The translations under genes were made by a program, and so were the position numbers. Below the pieces are notes generated by a model. It worked only from the letters and a program-made list of their open reading frames with translations. It had not been told where the DNA came from and made no database searches. Positions 55,373 through 64,000 of a stretch of DNA of 64,000 nt are shown one piece after another; within the stretch, counting starts at the first letter, position 1, and every line of letters starts with the position of its first letter. The stretch is from Deltaproteobacteria bacterium (GTDB taxonomy: Bacteria > Desulfobacterota > Desulfobaccia > Desulfobaccales > 0-14-0-80-60-11), in contig JACQYN010000014.1 in the NCBI GenBank assembly GCA_016208235.1, positions 203 through 64,202 on the forward strand, written 5' to 3'.

Positions 55373-55683
55373 CCAAGTTCCAAGTTCCAGGTTCCAAGTT
55401 AGGGGTATGCCCATCAGGAACTTTTCATAATTTACGGGTGGGCGGAAGGCCCAGGAATGACTGAATAAAAGATTCATTTTTGTTTCCAAGTTGAACTTAG
55501 GAACGCCGATTCCTCCCAAGCTTTCCCTGGGGAATTAAATTGCCAATGGGAAAAATGCTTAACCGGTTGAAATACTTTGCAAAGCAAAGCTTTGCGGTTC
55601 ATCGGGGTTCTCAAACGCAGCTTGGGAACCAGAAAAATAAAGCCTGCGGCTGCCACCCTCTCGTTCCCAATCACTCGGGAACG
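55373..55683. repeat. (CCAAGTT)4 array and several GTTCCCAAG...CTTGGGAAC-type hairpins
   Basis: CCAAGTTCCAAGTTCCAGGTTCCAAGTT (55373-55400), with hairpins at about 55482-55504, 55576-55596, 55606-55630 and 55662-55683. Confidence 0.85.
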
Positions 55684-55690
55684 AGGAAAA

Positions 55691-57385
55691 TTATCCCCAC
55701 CCTTCTTTAAAGAAGGGTTCCTTTTTCAGCCGTCCAGCCACCGTATCCAGAAGTTCCCGAGCCCGGAAAGGCTTGTTCAGGGTGGGGGGCAATTCTTGGA
55801 GGCCCCCCTTGCCCTGGCTCAAGGCCGCTTCGTGGCCGGTGACCAAGAGCACCGGAATCGTGTCGGTATCCGGATCTCTCCTGAGGGCCTGGCACAGATC
55901 CAAGCCGCTGTGCAACCTGGCCCGGGGCCGCACCGGCAGGCCCATGTCAATGGTGACCAGCGCCGGCTGCAAGCGCCGGGCTCCTTCCAGGCCGTCATCC
56001 GCGGTCACCGCGTACGCGGTGCGGTAACCGCCTTTGTTGAGGATGTGGGCCATCACGTCGACGATTTTCGGCTCATCCTCCACCACCAGTACCAGGGGGC
56101 CGTTGTCCGGGCCGGTAATATGGAACCCCTTTTCCCGGTCTTCGGCCCGGCGCCAATGCAAGGGCTGGCGGGACACCAGAGGAAGGGTAAAATGAACCTT
56201 GGTTCCCCGCCCCAGACCGGGGCTGGTAAGCCAGATCTGGCCCCCCATGAATTCCACCAGGTTCTTGCAGATGGCCAGTCCCAGGCCGGTGCCGCCGTAT
56301 TGGCGGGTGGTGGAGCCGTCCCCCTGGACAAACTTCTTGAACAGGTCCTGCTGCGCGCCCGGAGCAATGCCGATGCCCGTGTCCTGGACTTCAAAACGCA
56401 CATGGCCTTTGGCGGGGAGGGCCCGGGCTTTGACCTGCACTTCCCCTTGGGGGGTGAATTTGATGGCGTTGGCCACTAGATTGACCAGGACCTGCTGAAA
56501 TTTTCCCGGGTCGCCGCGAACCGCCATATCCCCCTGGGAAGGCTTGAAGCTCAGTTTCAGGTTTTTTTGATCCGCCTGGAGTTCCGTCAGTTTTCGCACC
56601 GCCTCGAAGATCTGGGGGACGTTCACCTCCCCCAACTGCACTTCCATCTGTCCCGCTTCAATGCGGGCGCTGTCCAAAAGATCGTTGATCAGGTTCAGGA
56701 GGCTGCGGGCGCTGTCCAAGGCGTTCTGGAGGAACTCCCGCTCTTCCTCGGGAGTGTCGCAGAGGCCGTTGATGACTAGGCGCAAATAGCCCATGATGGC
56801 GTTGAGGGGGGTGCGCAGTTCATGGGAGGTATTGGCCAAAAATTCGCTCTTCAGGCGGTTGGCCCGGTCCAGTTCCAGGTTGGCCTGCTCCAGGCTGCGA
56901 TTGAGGCGCATCAGCGTCAATTCCTGGCGCTGCAGCCGCCGCACCAGCTCTTCGGGCCGCCTTTTATCCTGAACTACCGCCACGCTGCCCAGGACTTTTT
57001 TCCCCGGGCTGTAAATCCGCACCAGGGTGATCTCCACCGGCACTGCTTTGCCCTGCCGGTTCCGGACCATCATGGGCCAGTTTTCCACCCGCCCTTTGGC
57101 CCGGCATTCGGCCAGCATCTTGTCCAGGGCTTTGGGGTCGGCATAGAACTCCCGAAAATGGCGGCCGATGACCTCCCGGGGCTCCATGCCGAAAATGAGG
57201 GTGCAGGCAGGATTGGTAAAGCGGATGATCCCGGTATGGTCGGTGACCCCCACGCAGTCCAAGGAGAGATTTCCCAAGGTCTCCAGAAAGGAATGGGCCA
57301 CCTCCTCCGTAAAACAGAGGCATACCGGTGCCGATTCCATCTTCTGCTGTTCCGTTCTTGCTTCGCTGATATTGGTGCGCCCCAT
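55691..57385 (-). CDS. hybrid sensor histidine kinase (PAS-HisKA-HATPase-REC)
   Basis: PAS (GIIRFTNPACTLIFG), H-box (SHELRTPLNAI), G-boxes (DTGIGI, GTGLGLAI) and a C-terminal REC (LVVEDEPKIV). Confidence 0.85.
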   Translation of the reverse strand: MGRTNISEARTEQQKMESAPVCLCFTEEVAHSFLETLGNLSLDCVGVTDHTGIIRFTNPACTLIFGMEPREVIGRHFREFYADPKALDKMLAECRAKGRVENWPMMVRNRQGKAVPVEITLVRIYSPGKKVLGSVAVVQDKRRPEELVRRLQRQELTLMRLNRSLEQANLELDRANRLKSEFLANTSHELRTPLNAIMGYLRLVINGLCDTPEEEREFLQNALDSARSLLNLINDLLDSARIEAGQMEVQLGEVNVPQIFEAVRKLTELQADQKNLKLSFKPSQGDMAVRGDPGKFQQVLVNLVANAIKFTPQGEVQVKARALPAKGHVRFEVQDTGIGIAPGAQQDLFKKFVQGDGSTTRQYGGTGLGLAICKNLVEFMGGQIWLTSPGLGRGTKVHFTLPLVSRQPLHWRRAEDREKGFHITGPDNGPLVLVVEDEPKIVDVMAHILNKGGYRTAYAVTADDGLEGARRLQPALVTIDMGLPVRPRARLHSGLDLCQALRRDPDTDTIPVLLVTGHEAALSQGKGGLQELPPTLNKPFRARELLDTVAGRLKKEPFFKEGWG

Positions 57386-57537
57386 GCTTTATACCTCTTA
57401 ATAACTTTCGGAACTCCTGGTCGAAACTTGAACAAAACGAACTAATTTTTCTCCCGGTCCTCCTCCTTGATTTGTCTCCATTCATTCCTATAATAAGCGA
57501 AAAATCACGGCGGCTCTGACGGCCAAAAGGAGTAATT

Positions 57538-58122
57538 ATGAGCTATACGGCCAAAGACTATTCTTTTCTCTTGGGCATGCAGGGGTTCAGTGACACCTTG
57601 CTGAAAAACCATTTCACCCTCTATCAAGGCTACGTGACCAATACCAACAAGGTTATGGACTTGCTGGCGGCCAAGCTGCAAGCGGGCCAGGAAGGCACTC
57701 CGGAATTTGCCGAGCTCAAGCGGCGTCTGGGCTGGGAATTTAACGGCATGCGCCTCCATGAGCTCTACTTCGAGAACCTGGGGGGCGACGGGGACGCGTC
57801 CAAAGCCCCGAACCTGACCAAAAGGGTGGAGGCCCAGTTCGGCTCCGTGGAGGCCTGCGCCAAGGACTTTATGGCCACCGCGGCCATGCGGGGCATCGGC
57901 TGGGTCATCTGTTACGAAGATATCGAAAACGGCCTGCTCATCAACCAGTGGATCAATGAGCACGACGTGGGCCATCCCGCGGGCTGCAACCCCATCCTGG
58001 TCCTGGATGTCTTTGAACACGCGTTTATGATCGACTACGGCCTGAAACGCGCGGATTACATCAACAACTTCTTCAAAAATATCAAGTGGGACGTGGTGGA
58101 GCAGCGCCTGGAGACCACTTAA
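57538..58122 (+). CDS. Fe/Mn-family superoxide dismutase
   Basis: Metal-ligand contexts LLKNHFTLYQGY, GMRLHELYF and LDVFEHAFMIDY. Confidence 0.82.
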   Translation: MSYTAKDYSFLLGMQGFSDTLLKNHFTLYQGYVTNTNKVMDLLAAKLQAGQEGTPEFAELKRRLGWEFNGMRLHELYFENLGGDGDASKAPNLTKRVEAQFGSVEACAKDFMATAAMRGIGWVICYEDIENGLLINQWINEHDVGHPAGCNPILVLDVFEHAFMIDYGLKRADYINNFFKNIKWDVVEQRLETT

Positions 58123-58162
58123 GCTTCCGAAGTCGGTTGGGGGAGGGGTCCAGGCAATGTGG

Positions 58163-58187
58163 AACAGCCACCCTCGGCTGTTTTTTA
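58163..58187 (+). terminator. intrinsic terminator after the SOD gene
   Basis: AACAGCC-ACCCTC-GGCTGTT followed by a T-run. Confidence 0.7.
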
Positions 58188-58613
58188 GGAGACGAGGGCG
58201 CCAACTCTCCATCCCTGTCCCCTCCCGCAAATCTCTACTCCGCTTATAATCGTGACCAGGATAATTATGGCGAACAAAGTTTGGTAAATTCTGCTTGCCA
58301 GTGTGCCTATTTTTGCTATTAATTTTTTAGATATTGTCTCGGGCGCCTTGGGAGCCGGCGCCTGAGAAAAAACCCTGCAAGGGGGTGGAATCTTGGTGAA
58401 GAAGCCGGCCTTCCGCCTGATCCTTTCCACATCACGCTGATTTTATTGCCCTTTTAAAGTCACGTCCCAGTCTCCCAATTCCGGCCCCAGCTGCACACCC
58501 TAACCAAAATTTAACCTCCGGCGGAAGACACTTTTCCCTTACCGAAATATTGGCCTCGAGCCCTGGGTCTAATCGGGAAACTTTTTTCTAAAGTATTCCC
58601 AAGGAGGTTCACT

Positions 58614-59090
58614 ATGCCTGTTATTCTCGCAGAAGCCCCAAGAGATGTGGGCATCGGCATCAGGCCCGCCCTGGTCCGTGATCTGCCGCGGATCATGGAA
58701 ATCGAGCGCCTGGCCTTCGGGGAGCAGTGGGATTACTACCAGTTCAAGGCCTCCCTGGATGACGTTTTTCTGTTGGCCGTGGATGCGGCCACCGCCGACA
58801 TAGTCGGTTTCCTGGTAGCCTGCTGCTGCGAGATCACCCGACGGGGCATCATCCTGCGCGTCGCGGTCCACCCGGATTTTCAGGGCCGGGGCATCGCCAC
58901 GGAACTTATCGAAAGATCGCTTGGAGAGTTGAAAAAGAAAAAACTGGACGAAGTCGAACTCGACGTGGACATCCTCAAGGGCGGGGCCATAGGCCTCTAC
59001 GAAAAGGTGGGTTTCCAGGTGGTGGAGATCTTTTCGCCCAGCGAGGAAAACGACGACACCTTTTACATAATGCGGAAGAAGTTGGGCTGA
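58614..59090 (+). CDS. rimI: GNAT acetyltransferase (RimI-like)
   Basis: IMEIERLAFGEQW...LRVAVHPDFQGRGIATELI, with AAGGAGG upstream. Confidence 0.7.
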   Translation: MPVILAEAPRDVGIGIRPALVRDLPRIMEIERLAFGEQWDYYQFKASLDDVFLLAVDAATADIVGFLVACCCEITRRGIILRVAVHPDFQGRGIATELIERSLGELKKKKLDEVELDVDILKGGAIGLYEKVGFQVVEIFSPSEENDDTFYIMRKKLG

Positions 59091-59236
59091 GGCGTCTAGG
59101 TTAAGGGAAGGCCAGGAACCTCAGGTCCCTGGCCCTCTTGCCGCAACCTCCCACCCAAAAATGCTTTGCATCTCTTGGTTCTCCGGGTTACGCTGGTTAA
59201 GGCCTTTCCGGGCTGACTCTGTGACCAGGAGAAGCT

Positions 59237-60202
59237 ATGCGCCGCACCGGCTATGTCTATGATGAACGTTACCTGAGGCATGACCCCGGGGCCTGGCATC
59301 CGGAACGCCCCGACCGCTTGAAGGCCATCCAGAAAAACCTCCAGGAATCGGGCCTCACCGAGTTGGTGACGCCCATCCAACCCTATGAGGCCCCCCTTAA
59401 GTGGGTGGAGCGTCTCCACGACCCCGATTATATCCGGCGTTTTCGGGAGGCTTGCGCCCAGGGCAAGAACATCTTTGAGGTGCCGGATTGCGGCATCTGT
59501 CCGGAATCTTACGACATTGCGCTATTGGCCGCAGGCGGCGTACTGGCCGCGGCGGACGCGGTCATGGAGGGGAAGGTGGACAACGCCTTCTGCGCGGTGC
59601 GGCCTCCGGGACATCATGCCGAACGTAACCGGGCGCTGGGATTCTGCTTTTTTAACAACATAGCTATAGGCGCGGTTTATCTTTTGGAAAATTACGGCCT
59701 GGAACGGGTGGCCATCGTGGATTGGGATGTGCACCACGGCAACGGCACCCAACATCTCTTCGAAGCCGACCCCCGGGTATTTTATCTGTCCCTGCACGAA
59801 GACCCCGAATATTGCTATCCCGGCACCGGTTACCGCCGGGAGACGGGTAAGGGTCCAGGCCAGGGTTTTACCCTGAACCTGCCTTTTCCCCCCCGGAGCG
59901 GGGACGAGGACTATCTGGAAGCCTTGAAAAAAGAGGGCATACCCCGCTTGATGGAATTTGCCCCCCAAGTTTTATTGATTTCCGCGGGCTTCGATGCCCA
60001 CCAGAGCGACCCCCTGGCCCATATGAACCTGAGCCGGGATGCTTACCGGCAGATGGGGCGGATCCTCCTGGATTTGGCCCAGGAGACCGCTGGTGGCCGG
60101 CTCATCACGGTACTGGAAGGGGGATACAACCTGGAAGTCCTGGAAGAATGCACCGAGGACCACATCCGGTTGCTCTTGGACATACCCCTGGACCATTTTT
60201 GA
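59237..60202 (+). CDS. histone deacetylase-family amidohydrolase (AcuC/HDAC-like)
   Basis: RPPGHHA, DWDVHHGNGTQ and SAGFDAH motifs. Confidence 0.88.
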   Translation: MRRTGYVYDERYLRHDPGAWHPERPDRLKAIQKNLQESGLTELVTPIQPYEAPLKWVERLHDPDYIRRFREACAQGKNIFEVPDCGICPESYDIALLAAGGVLAAADAVMEGKVDNAFCAVRPPGHHAERNRALGFCFFNNIAIGAVYLLENYGLERVAIVDWDVHHGNGTQHLFEADPRVFYLSLHEDPEYCYPGTGYRRETGKGPGQGFTLNLPFPPRSGDEDYLEALKKEGIPRLMEFAPQVLLISAGFDAHQSDPLAHMNLSRDAYRQMGRILLDLAQETAGGRLITVLEGGYNLEVLEECTEDHIRLLLDIPLDHF

Positions 60203-60594
60203 GGGGCAAGGGCGGTTTTTAGTTTTTGGTTTTCAGTTTTTAGTTTTTAGTAAAAAGATGTGGGGCGGATTTGCCTGCGGGATTTGATTCCGGCCAGCCC
60301 TCCATACCTATTTTCACTTGCAAATAATACAAACCCACAATGTTCTGCTAATCTTTTAACTATTCAACTACAAACGCAAAACTAAAAACTATATTTAAAT
60401 TTCTTGACAGCTCTGGGCAAAATGTGCTACAGGGCTGAATATCCTTTAGTCAGGCGCAATGCAGTGAATCGGGGCGACTTAGCAACTTAGCAAGGCAATG
60501 ACGGTATGGCGGGAGCCGGCCGTTTTTTTTTGGCCTGCGCCCCCCGCGGCTGAAAGCCGACAAAGGAATCCAGGTCGAAGGAGCGGGAGGAGTT

Positions 60595-60801
60595 ATGGAA
60601 CGCTATACCGGCAGTGTCAAGTGGTTCAATGAGGCCAAGGGGTATGGCTTCATCAAGCGGGATGACGGCCCCGACCTGTTCGTGCATTACACCAATATCG
60701 TGGGCAGCGGCTTCCGCACCTTGAAGGAAGACGACAAGGTGGAATTCGAAGTAAACGAAGGCCCCAAGGGTTTGCAGGCGGTAAAGGTCAGCAAGATCTG
60801 A
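60595..60801 (+). CDS. cspA: cold-shock protein (CspA family)
   Basis: [15 protein letters not shown] (RNP1) and DLFVHY (RNP2); 68 aa. Confidence 0.93.
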   Translation: MERYTGSVKWFNEAKGYGFIKRDDGPDLFVHYTNIVGSGFRTLKEDDKVEFEVNEGPKGLQAVKVSKI

Positions 60802-60886
60802 CGCAGTAATTTAAGCATCGGCAGGCTCAGAAGGTCGCACCAGGAAATCGCTCCCGCGTCTTGGCCTTGCGGCAACGGCGTGTATG

Positions 60887-60942
60887 GCGGTATAAGCTGT
60901 GGTTTTTGCGGTTCGCCTTATACCGCTTTTTTCTTTTATATG
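60887..60942 (+). terminator. candidate intrinsic terminator downstream of cspA
   Basis: GCGGTATAAG ... CTTATACCGC (10-bp stem, long loop) followed by TTTTTT. Confidence 0.45.
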
Positions 60943-61140
60943 CCTGGGATACCAAGTAAAGGTGGGGCGGGCCTCTGTGCCCGCCATTTTTATTTTTGTA
61001 GATTCCGTTGGGGCGAATTCCATGGCTGTCTGCTAAGGCTATAAAGGCCGTAGGAGCTGGTTTTCCACCCCCTTACGGACTCTGAACCCTTCCCTCCCTA
61101 ACCCGCAAATAAGCTGGGACCGGCGAACTAGCGGGGACGG

Positions 61141-61293
61141 CTAACTTACCTGCTTAAGTCGGTGGTTCTTCCTGTTATGCTCAACGTTGAACAGCACATG
61201 ACCTTTTTTCGAATAGCCCAAAAAATTTACTACGCAACAGGCCAGGGCAAATCCGCCGAACCCACAAATGATCCAAAACGGGGTGGCGTCCAT
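61141..61293 (-). CDS. possible 50-aa small membrane protein (not in the ORF track)
   Basis: My own translation is MDATPFWIICGFGGFALACCVVNFLGYSKKGHVLFNVEHNRKNHRLKQVS. AAGGAAG lies 7 nt upstream of the ATG. Confidence 0.3.
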   Translation of the reverse strand: MDATPFWIICGFGGFALACCVVNFLGYSKKGHVLFNVEHNRKNHRLKQVS

Positions 61294-61407
61294 TTTCGTT
61301 CTTCCTTAGCAAGGGTTAAAAGGGATTTTTATCAAAACTGATTAAAATATGGTTAAAAAATATAATCATATTTTGTCTTTATTCAGGGGAACAGATGTGC
61401 CCACCCC

Positions 61408-61614
61408 TTATAAAAAGGGTGGTTTAACGAAATTACCTGTTTTTATCCAATTTGATAAATAATTTATAAGCCCCATATATGAACGCCTCTCCCCATATTG
61501 CGTAACGAGCTCAAGTCTTTTTTGTAATGGCATAGTAAAATATAGCGGACTTTCAATAAATAGCGATACAATTTCTTTTTTTATTATAATTTTTGATATT
61601 CCATTTGAAGTCAT
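61408..61614 (-). CDS. hypothetical 68-aa ORF in an AT-rich region
   Basis: This is the only track ORF in the 61.3-62.1 kb AT-rich stretch. I recognise no family, and it may be a gene fragment. Confidence 0.2.
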   Translation of the reverse strand: MTSNGISKIIIKKEIVSLFIESPLYFTMPLQKRLELVTQYGERRSYMGLINYLSNWIKTGNFVKPPFL

Positions 61615-62119
61615 TTTGTTGGTATCCTAAGTTATGGCTGATTATATGGCGGCTTCTTAAAAATAATCCACTCTGACCATATCGAATAATTTGTTGACAC
61701 AATACTGTACATTAATCTTACCATTGTCCAGGGAAGTATTAATAACATATGATAGGCAGCCCCAATGAGCAATCCCTTAATGCTGGGTTCAGAAGTTCGA
61801 TTATTATGGAATTTTAACTTCTATTATGCAATTTTAGTGCCGTAACTAATCTATTAAAATTACTAAACATGTTCAAATAAAAGGATAGGGAAATTCCAAT
61901 ATTTTGGAGTATTTTCTAAAATTTTTGAAAAATTAAGCGAGTGATGAATTCATTCAGGCAGGAGGATTATTTTAGGCGGAGAAATAATATCGATTCAGCC
62001 CCGCACGCCGCCGAGGTTTTTTGGCAGCAAGCCCGTTAAAGATCACTGTTATGATCCGAAACTTATCAACTTGCTGAAAATTCAACCTATCTGGATCATA
62101 GTTGCAGGGGCCTGTCCTG

Positions 62120-63562
62120 TCAGGCGTTTACATCATGCCACCGCCTGGCAAAGTGGATGAAGGCATACATGGCCATGGCGGCAAAAATTCCGGCAATGGC
62201 AAAAGGCGTCCAGACCCAACTGGGATCGTACTTGTCCCACAACAGTTGCGTCACCTGAGCCGGGGTCTGGCCCAGCATCTCCGTCAATCTGGCAAAGGCC
62301 TGGGAACGATCCGGAAGATCATGCACCTTAAGCACTTCGGACATGTACCGCAGGGCCAGATTCGCCTTTTCGCCGGCCTGTTCATAGAGCTTTCCTCCCA
62401 GAAAAGACCCGTAGCCCCAGCCAAAGGCATAAGGGATACTGGCGTAGCCCATGTACAGCGCCTTCTTGCCTTCAGGCGCGATCACGGCCAGATACTCTCT
62501 CATCTTGGGGGAACACATCATCTCCCCCGCAGTGAAGCAGACGATGCCGGCCAGACACATGAAAATGGACATGCTGGAACCCACCAAATAAATACCCAAG
62601 CTGACAAAGATAAAGCCGAAAAAGATGGAGGTTAGCCGGCGCATCACCCGGTTGGCATACCATGATAGCGGGGCGACCAGGAAAATAATCATAAAAGGAT
62701 TGAGATTGATCACCCACTCCTGGGCGATTTGGGGACCCCGGGAGAGGTTCCGGGAGAGCATGAATTCCGGCAGGTGCCGGGCCAGGGAGGAACTGTCGGT
62801 CCAATCCACGATGAAATTGGGCAGCATGTCCCAGAGCTGCTCGAGCACTGCCCAGAACACCGAAATAATGAGAATAAAGGCGAGAAGCCGGGGGTTGAGG
62901 ATTTCCCGGGCCGTGTCCACCACCACCTGCCAGACTCCGGTGGATCTATCGACCCCTGAATCCATTTCCTGGTAAGTGAAAAGCCACAACAGGTTCAGGG
63001 TGACCAGGACGGCACAGCCGTAAAAGACCATGGGCCAGGAGTACCCATAGAGAAAATGCGCCAGCGGCGGGCCCAGGAAGGCGCCGACGTTGATCACCAT
63101 GTAGAAGAAACCCCAGCCCACCCCGGAGGTCTCATGGGTGAGGGTCTTGACAAAGGTTCCCTGAATGGGCGGCTTGAAGACCGCAGTACCCGCGGCCAGC
63201 AGCAGGCAGCCGGCGAAAAACGGCCAGAAGGTGCGTTGGGTGGCCATCATGAGGTAGCCCAGCACTTTTAAAATTATAGCCACCACGATCTGCCTCTTGT
63301 ACCCATAGCGGTCGGCGAAGCCGCCGGTGAACACCGGCAGGGAAGACTGTACCAAGGCCCACCACAGGAAAATGAACCCCTTCTCGCTCTGGCTGAAGTG
63401 CAATCCGCCGATCTCGTCGGCCTGGGCGATATAGATGGGGATGACGACGCGCACGCCGTAATAGGCGAGGCGTTCGATCGTCTCCATGATGTTGGCAACC
63501 CAGAAAGGCCAGGTCAGGCCTCGTGTCTGCCCCCAGAATGACGGTGTATCCGGTGCACCCAT
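62120..63562 (-). CDS. POT/PTR2-family proton-dependent oligopeptide transporter
   Basis: ExxERxxYY-type motif (METIERLAYYGV), FADRYGYKR, about 12-14 TM and 480 aa. Confidence 0.82.
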   Translation of the reverse strand: MGAPDTPSFWGQTRGLTWPFWVANIMETIERLAYYGVRVVIPIYIAQADEIGGLHFSQSEKGFIFLWWALVQSSLPVFTGGFADRYGYKRQIVVAIILKVLGYLMMATQRTFWPFFAGCLLLAAGTAVFKPPIQGTFVKTLTHETSGVGWGFFYMVINVGAFLGPPLAHFLYGYSWPMVFYGCAVLVTLNLLWLFTYQEMDSGVDRSTGVWQVVVDTAREILNPRLLAFILIISVFWAVLEQLWDMLPNFIVDWTDSSSLARHLPEFMLSRNLSRGPQIAQEWVINLNPFMIIFLVAPLSWYANRVMRRLTSIFFGFIFVSLGIYLVGSSMSIFMCLAGIVCFTAGEMMCSPKMREYLAVIAPEGKKALYMGYASIPYAFGWGYGSFLGGKLYEQAGEKANLALRYMSEVLKVHDLPDRSQAFARLTEMLGQTPAQVTQLLWDKYDPSWVWTPFAIAGIFAAMAMYAFIHFARRWHDVNA

Positions 63563-63769
63563 GCGGGTCCTTTCGGCGACGGAAACTCTTCGGGTTTACT
63601 GGGGTGAGTATAAAGGAAAGAGAGGATGCCGGTTAAGAAAAATCTAGCCGAGAGAAATTGCGCGCGCGGGAAAAATAGGAACAGACGTTATTTTTTAAAA
63701 ACTGAAAGGCAGGTGGGCAGGGGGGCTCAGAGGCCGGAAAAAATAGCGTCTGTCCCTATTCTTCCAAAC

Positions 63770-64000
63770 TCAACTCAAACCGATTTCTTCATCGGTGAGG
63801 TAGCACGCGGGGTCCGGGGCCCAGAGGTCGCCGGTGAGGGCTTCGGCCCGGACCCGGAAGTTGCCGGCGCAGACGTCCAGCCAGCGGCAATCGGCGCAGC
63901 GCCCGGTCACGTAGCGTTTTTTGTCCTTGAGGCGGGCCATGAGTTCGTCGGTCATGTCTGTCCAGATCTCGCTGAACCGCCGGCGCCGGACGTTGCCGAA
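63770..64000 (-). CDS. radical SAM/SPASM-domain protein (AhbD/NirJ-like), C-terminal part only; continues past the window end
   Basis: The frame is open to base 64000 (FGNVRRRRFSEIWTD...GRCADCRWLDVCAGNFRVRAEALTGDLWAPDPACYL), which is the SPASM C-terminal pattern. Confidence 0.6.
   Translation of the reverse strand, partial: FGNVRRRRFSEIWTDMTDELMARLKDKKRYVTGRCADCRWLDVCAGNFRVRAEALTGDLWAPDPACYLTDEEIGLS

Noticed and set aside
58185-58430. 81-aa minus-strand ORF in the sod-rimI spacer
   Set aside because: It has no RBS, overlaps the sod terminator, has an implausible composition, and shows no recognisable similarity.

Overview
High-GC chromosomal window (about 60% GC by eye, not computed). The source is probably an anaerobic Desulfobacterota/Thermodesulfobacteriota-like bacterium. 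That is inferred only from gene content: an AhbD/NirJ-like radical SAM, FmdB, GYD, a DUF5320-like protein and the nuo layout.

Most of the window is housekeeping:
- murA, coaBC, a family-4 UDG and an nfeD-SPFH pair.
- A full nuo cluster on the minus strand, ordered nuoEF(fused)-A-B-C-D-[unknown ORF]-G-H-I-J-K-L-M-N.
- uvrC, then uppS-frr-pyrH-tsf-rpsB, yggT-yggU and dnaJ.
- uvrB, cysS, Fe/Mn-SOD, rimI, an HDAC-family enzyme, cspA, a POT transporter, and a hybrid histidine kinase plus REC-GGDEF.

Accessory content:
- An orphan beta-class DNA methyltransferase.
- hicBA.
- A DUF433/DUF5615 toxin-antitoxin pair with a shortened GNAT, in a lower-GC islet next to rpsB.
- A clearly AT-rich islet (about 47.6-49.4 kb) carrying one 517-aa ABC-type ATPase fused to a Toprim/DUF4435-like domain (OLD/PARIS-like single-gene defence candidate).
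- An AT-rich, almost ORF-free stretch at 61.3-62.1 kb.

I found no convincing multi-gene novel system. The most unusual thing in the sequence is the non-coding architecture. Nearly every intergenic spacer holds modular nested palindromes built from three parts:
- Short-period (mostly 7-bp) tandem-repeat arms from at least six sequence-unrelated families.
- GTAG-headed REP-like doublets.
- G-rich CCCTCAAGGGGGAGGGG-type inverted pairs.
One composite copy sits in-frame inside uvrC.

Three otherwise conserved genes are frame-disrupted:
- murA has about 44 nt missing.
- nuoH carries a perfect 80-bp tandem duplication.
- An slp-like lipoprotein gene is shifted at a 7-nt homopolymer.
These may be assembly errors and need read-level checks.

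No rRNA, tRNA or CRISPR array was recognised by eye.
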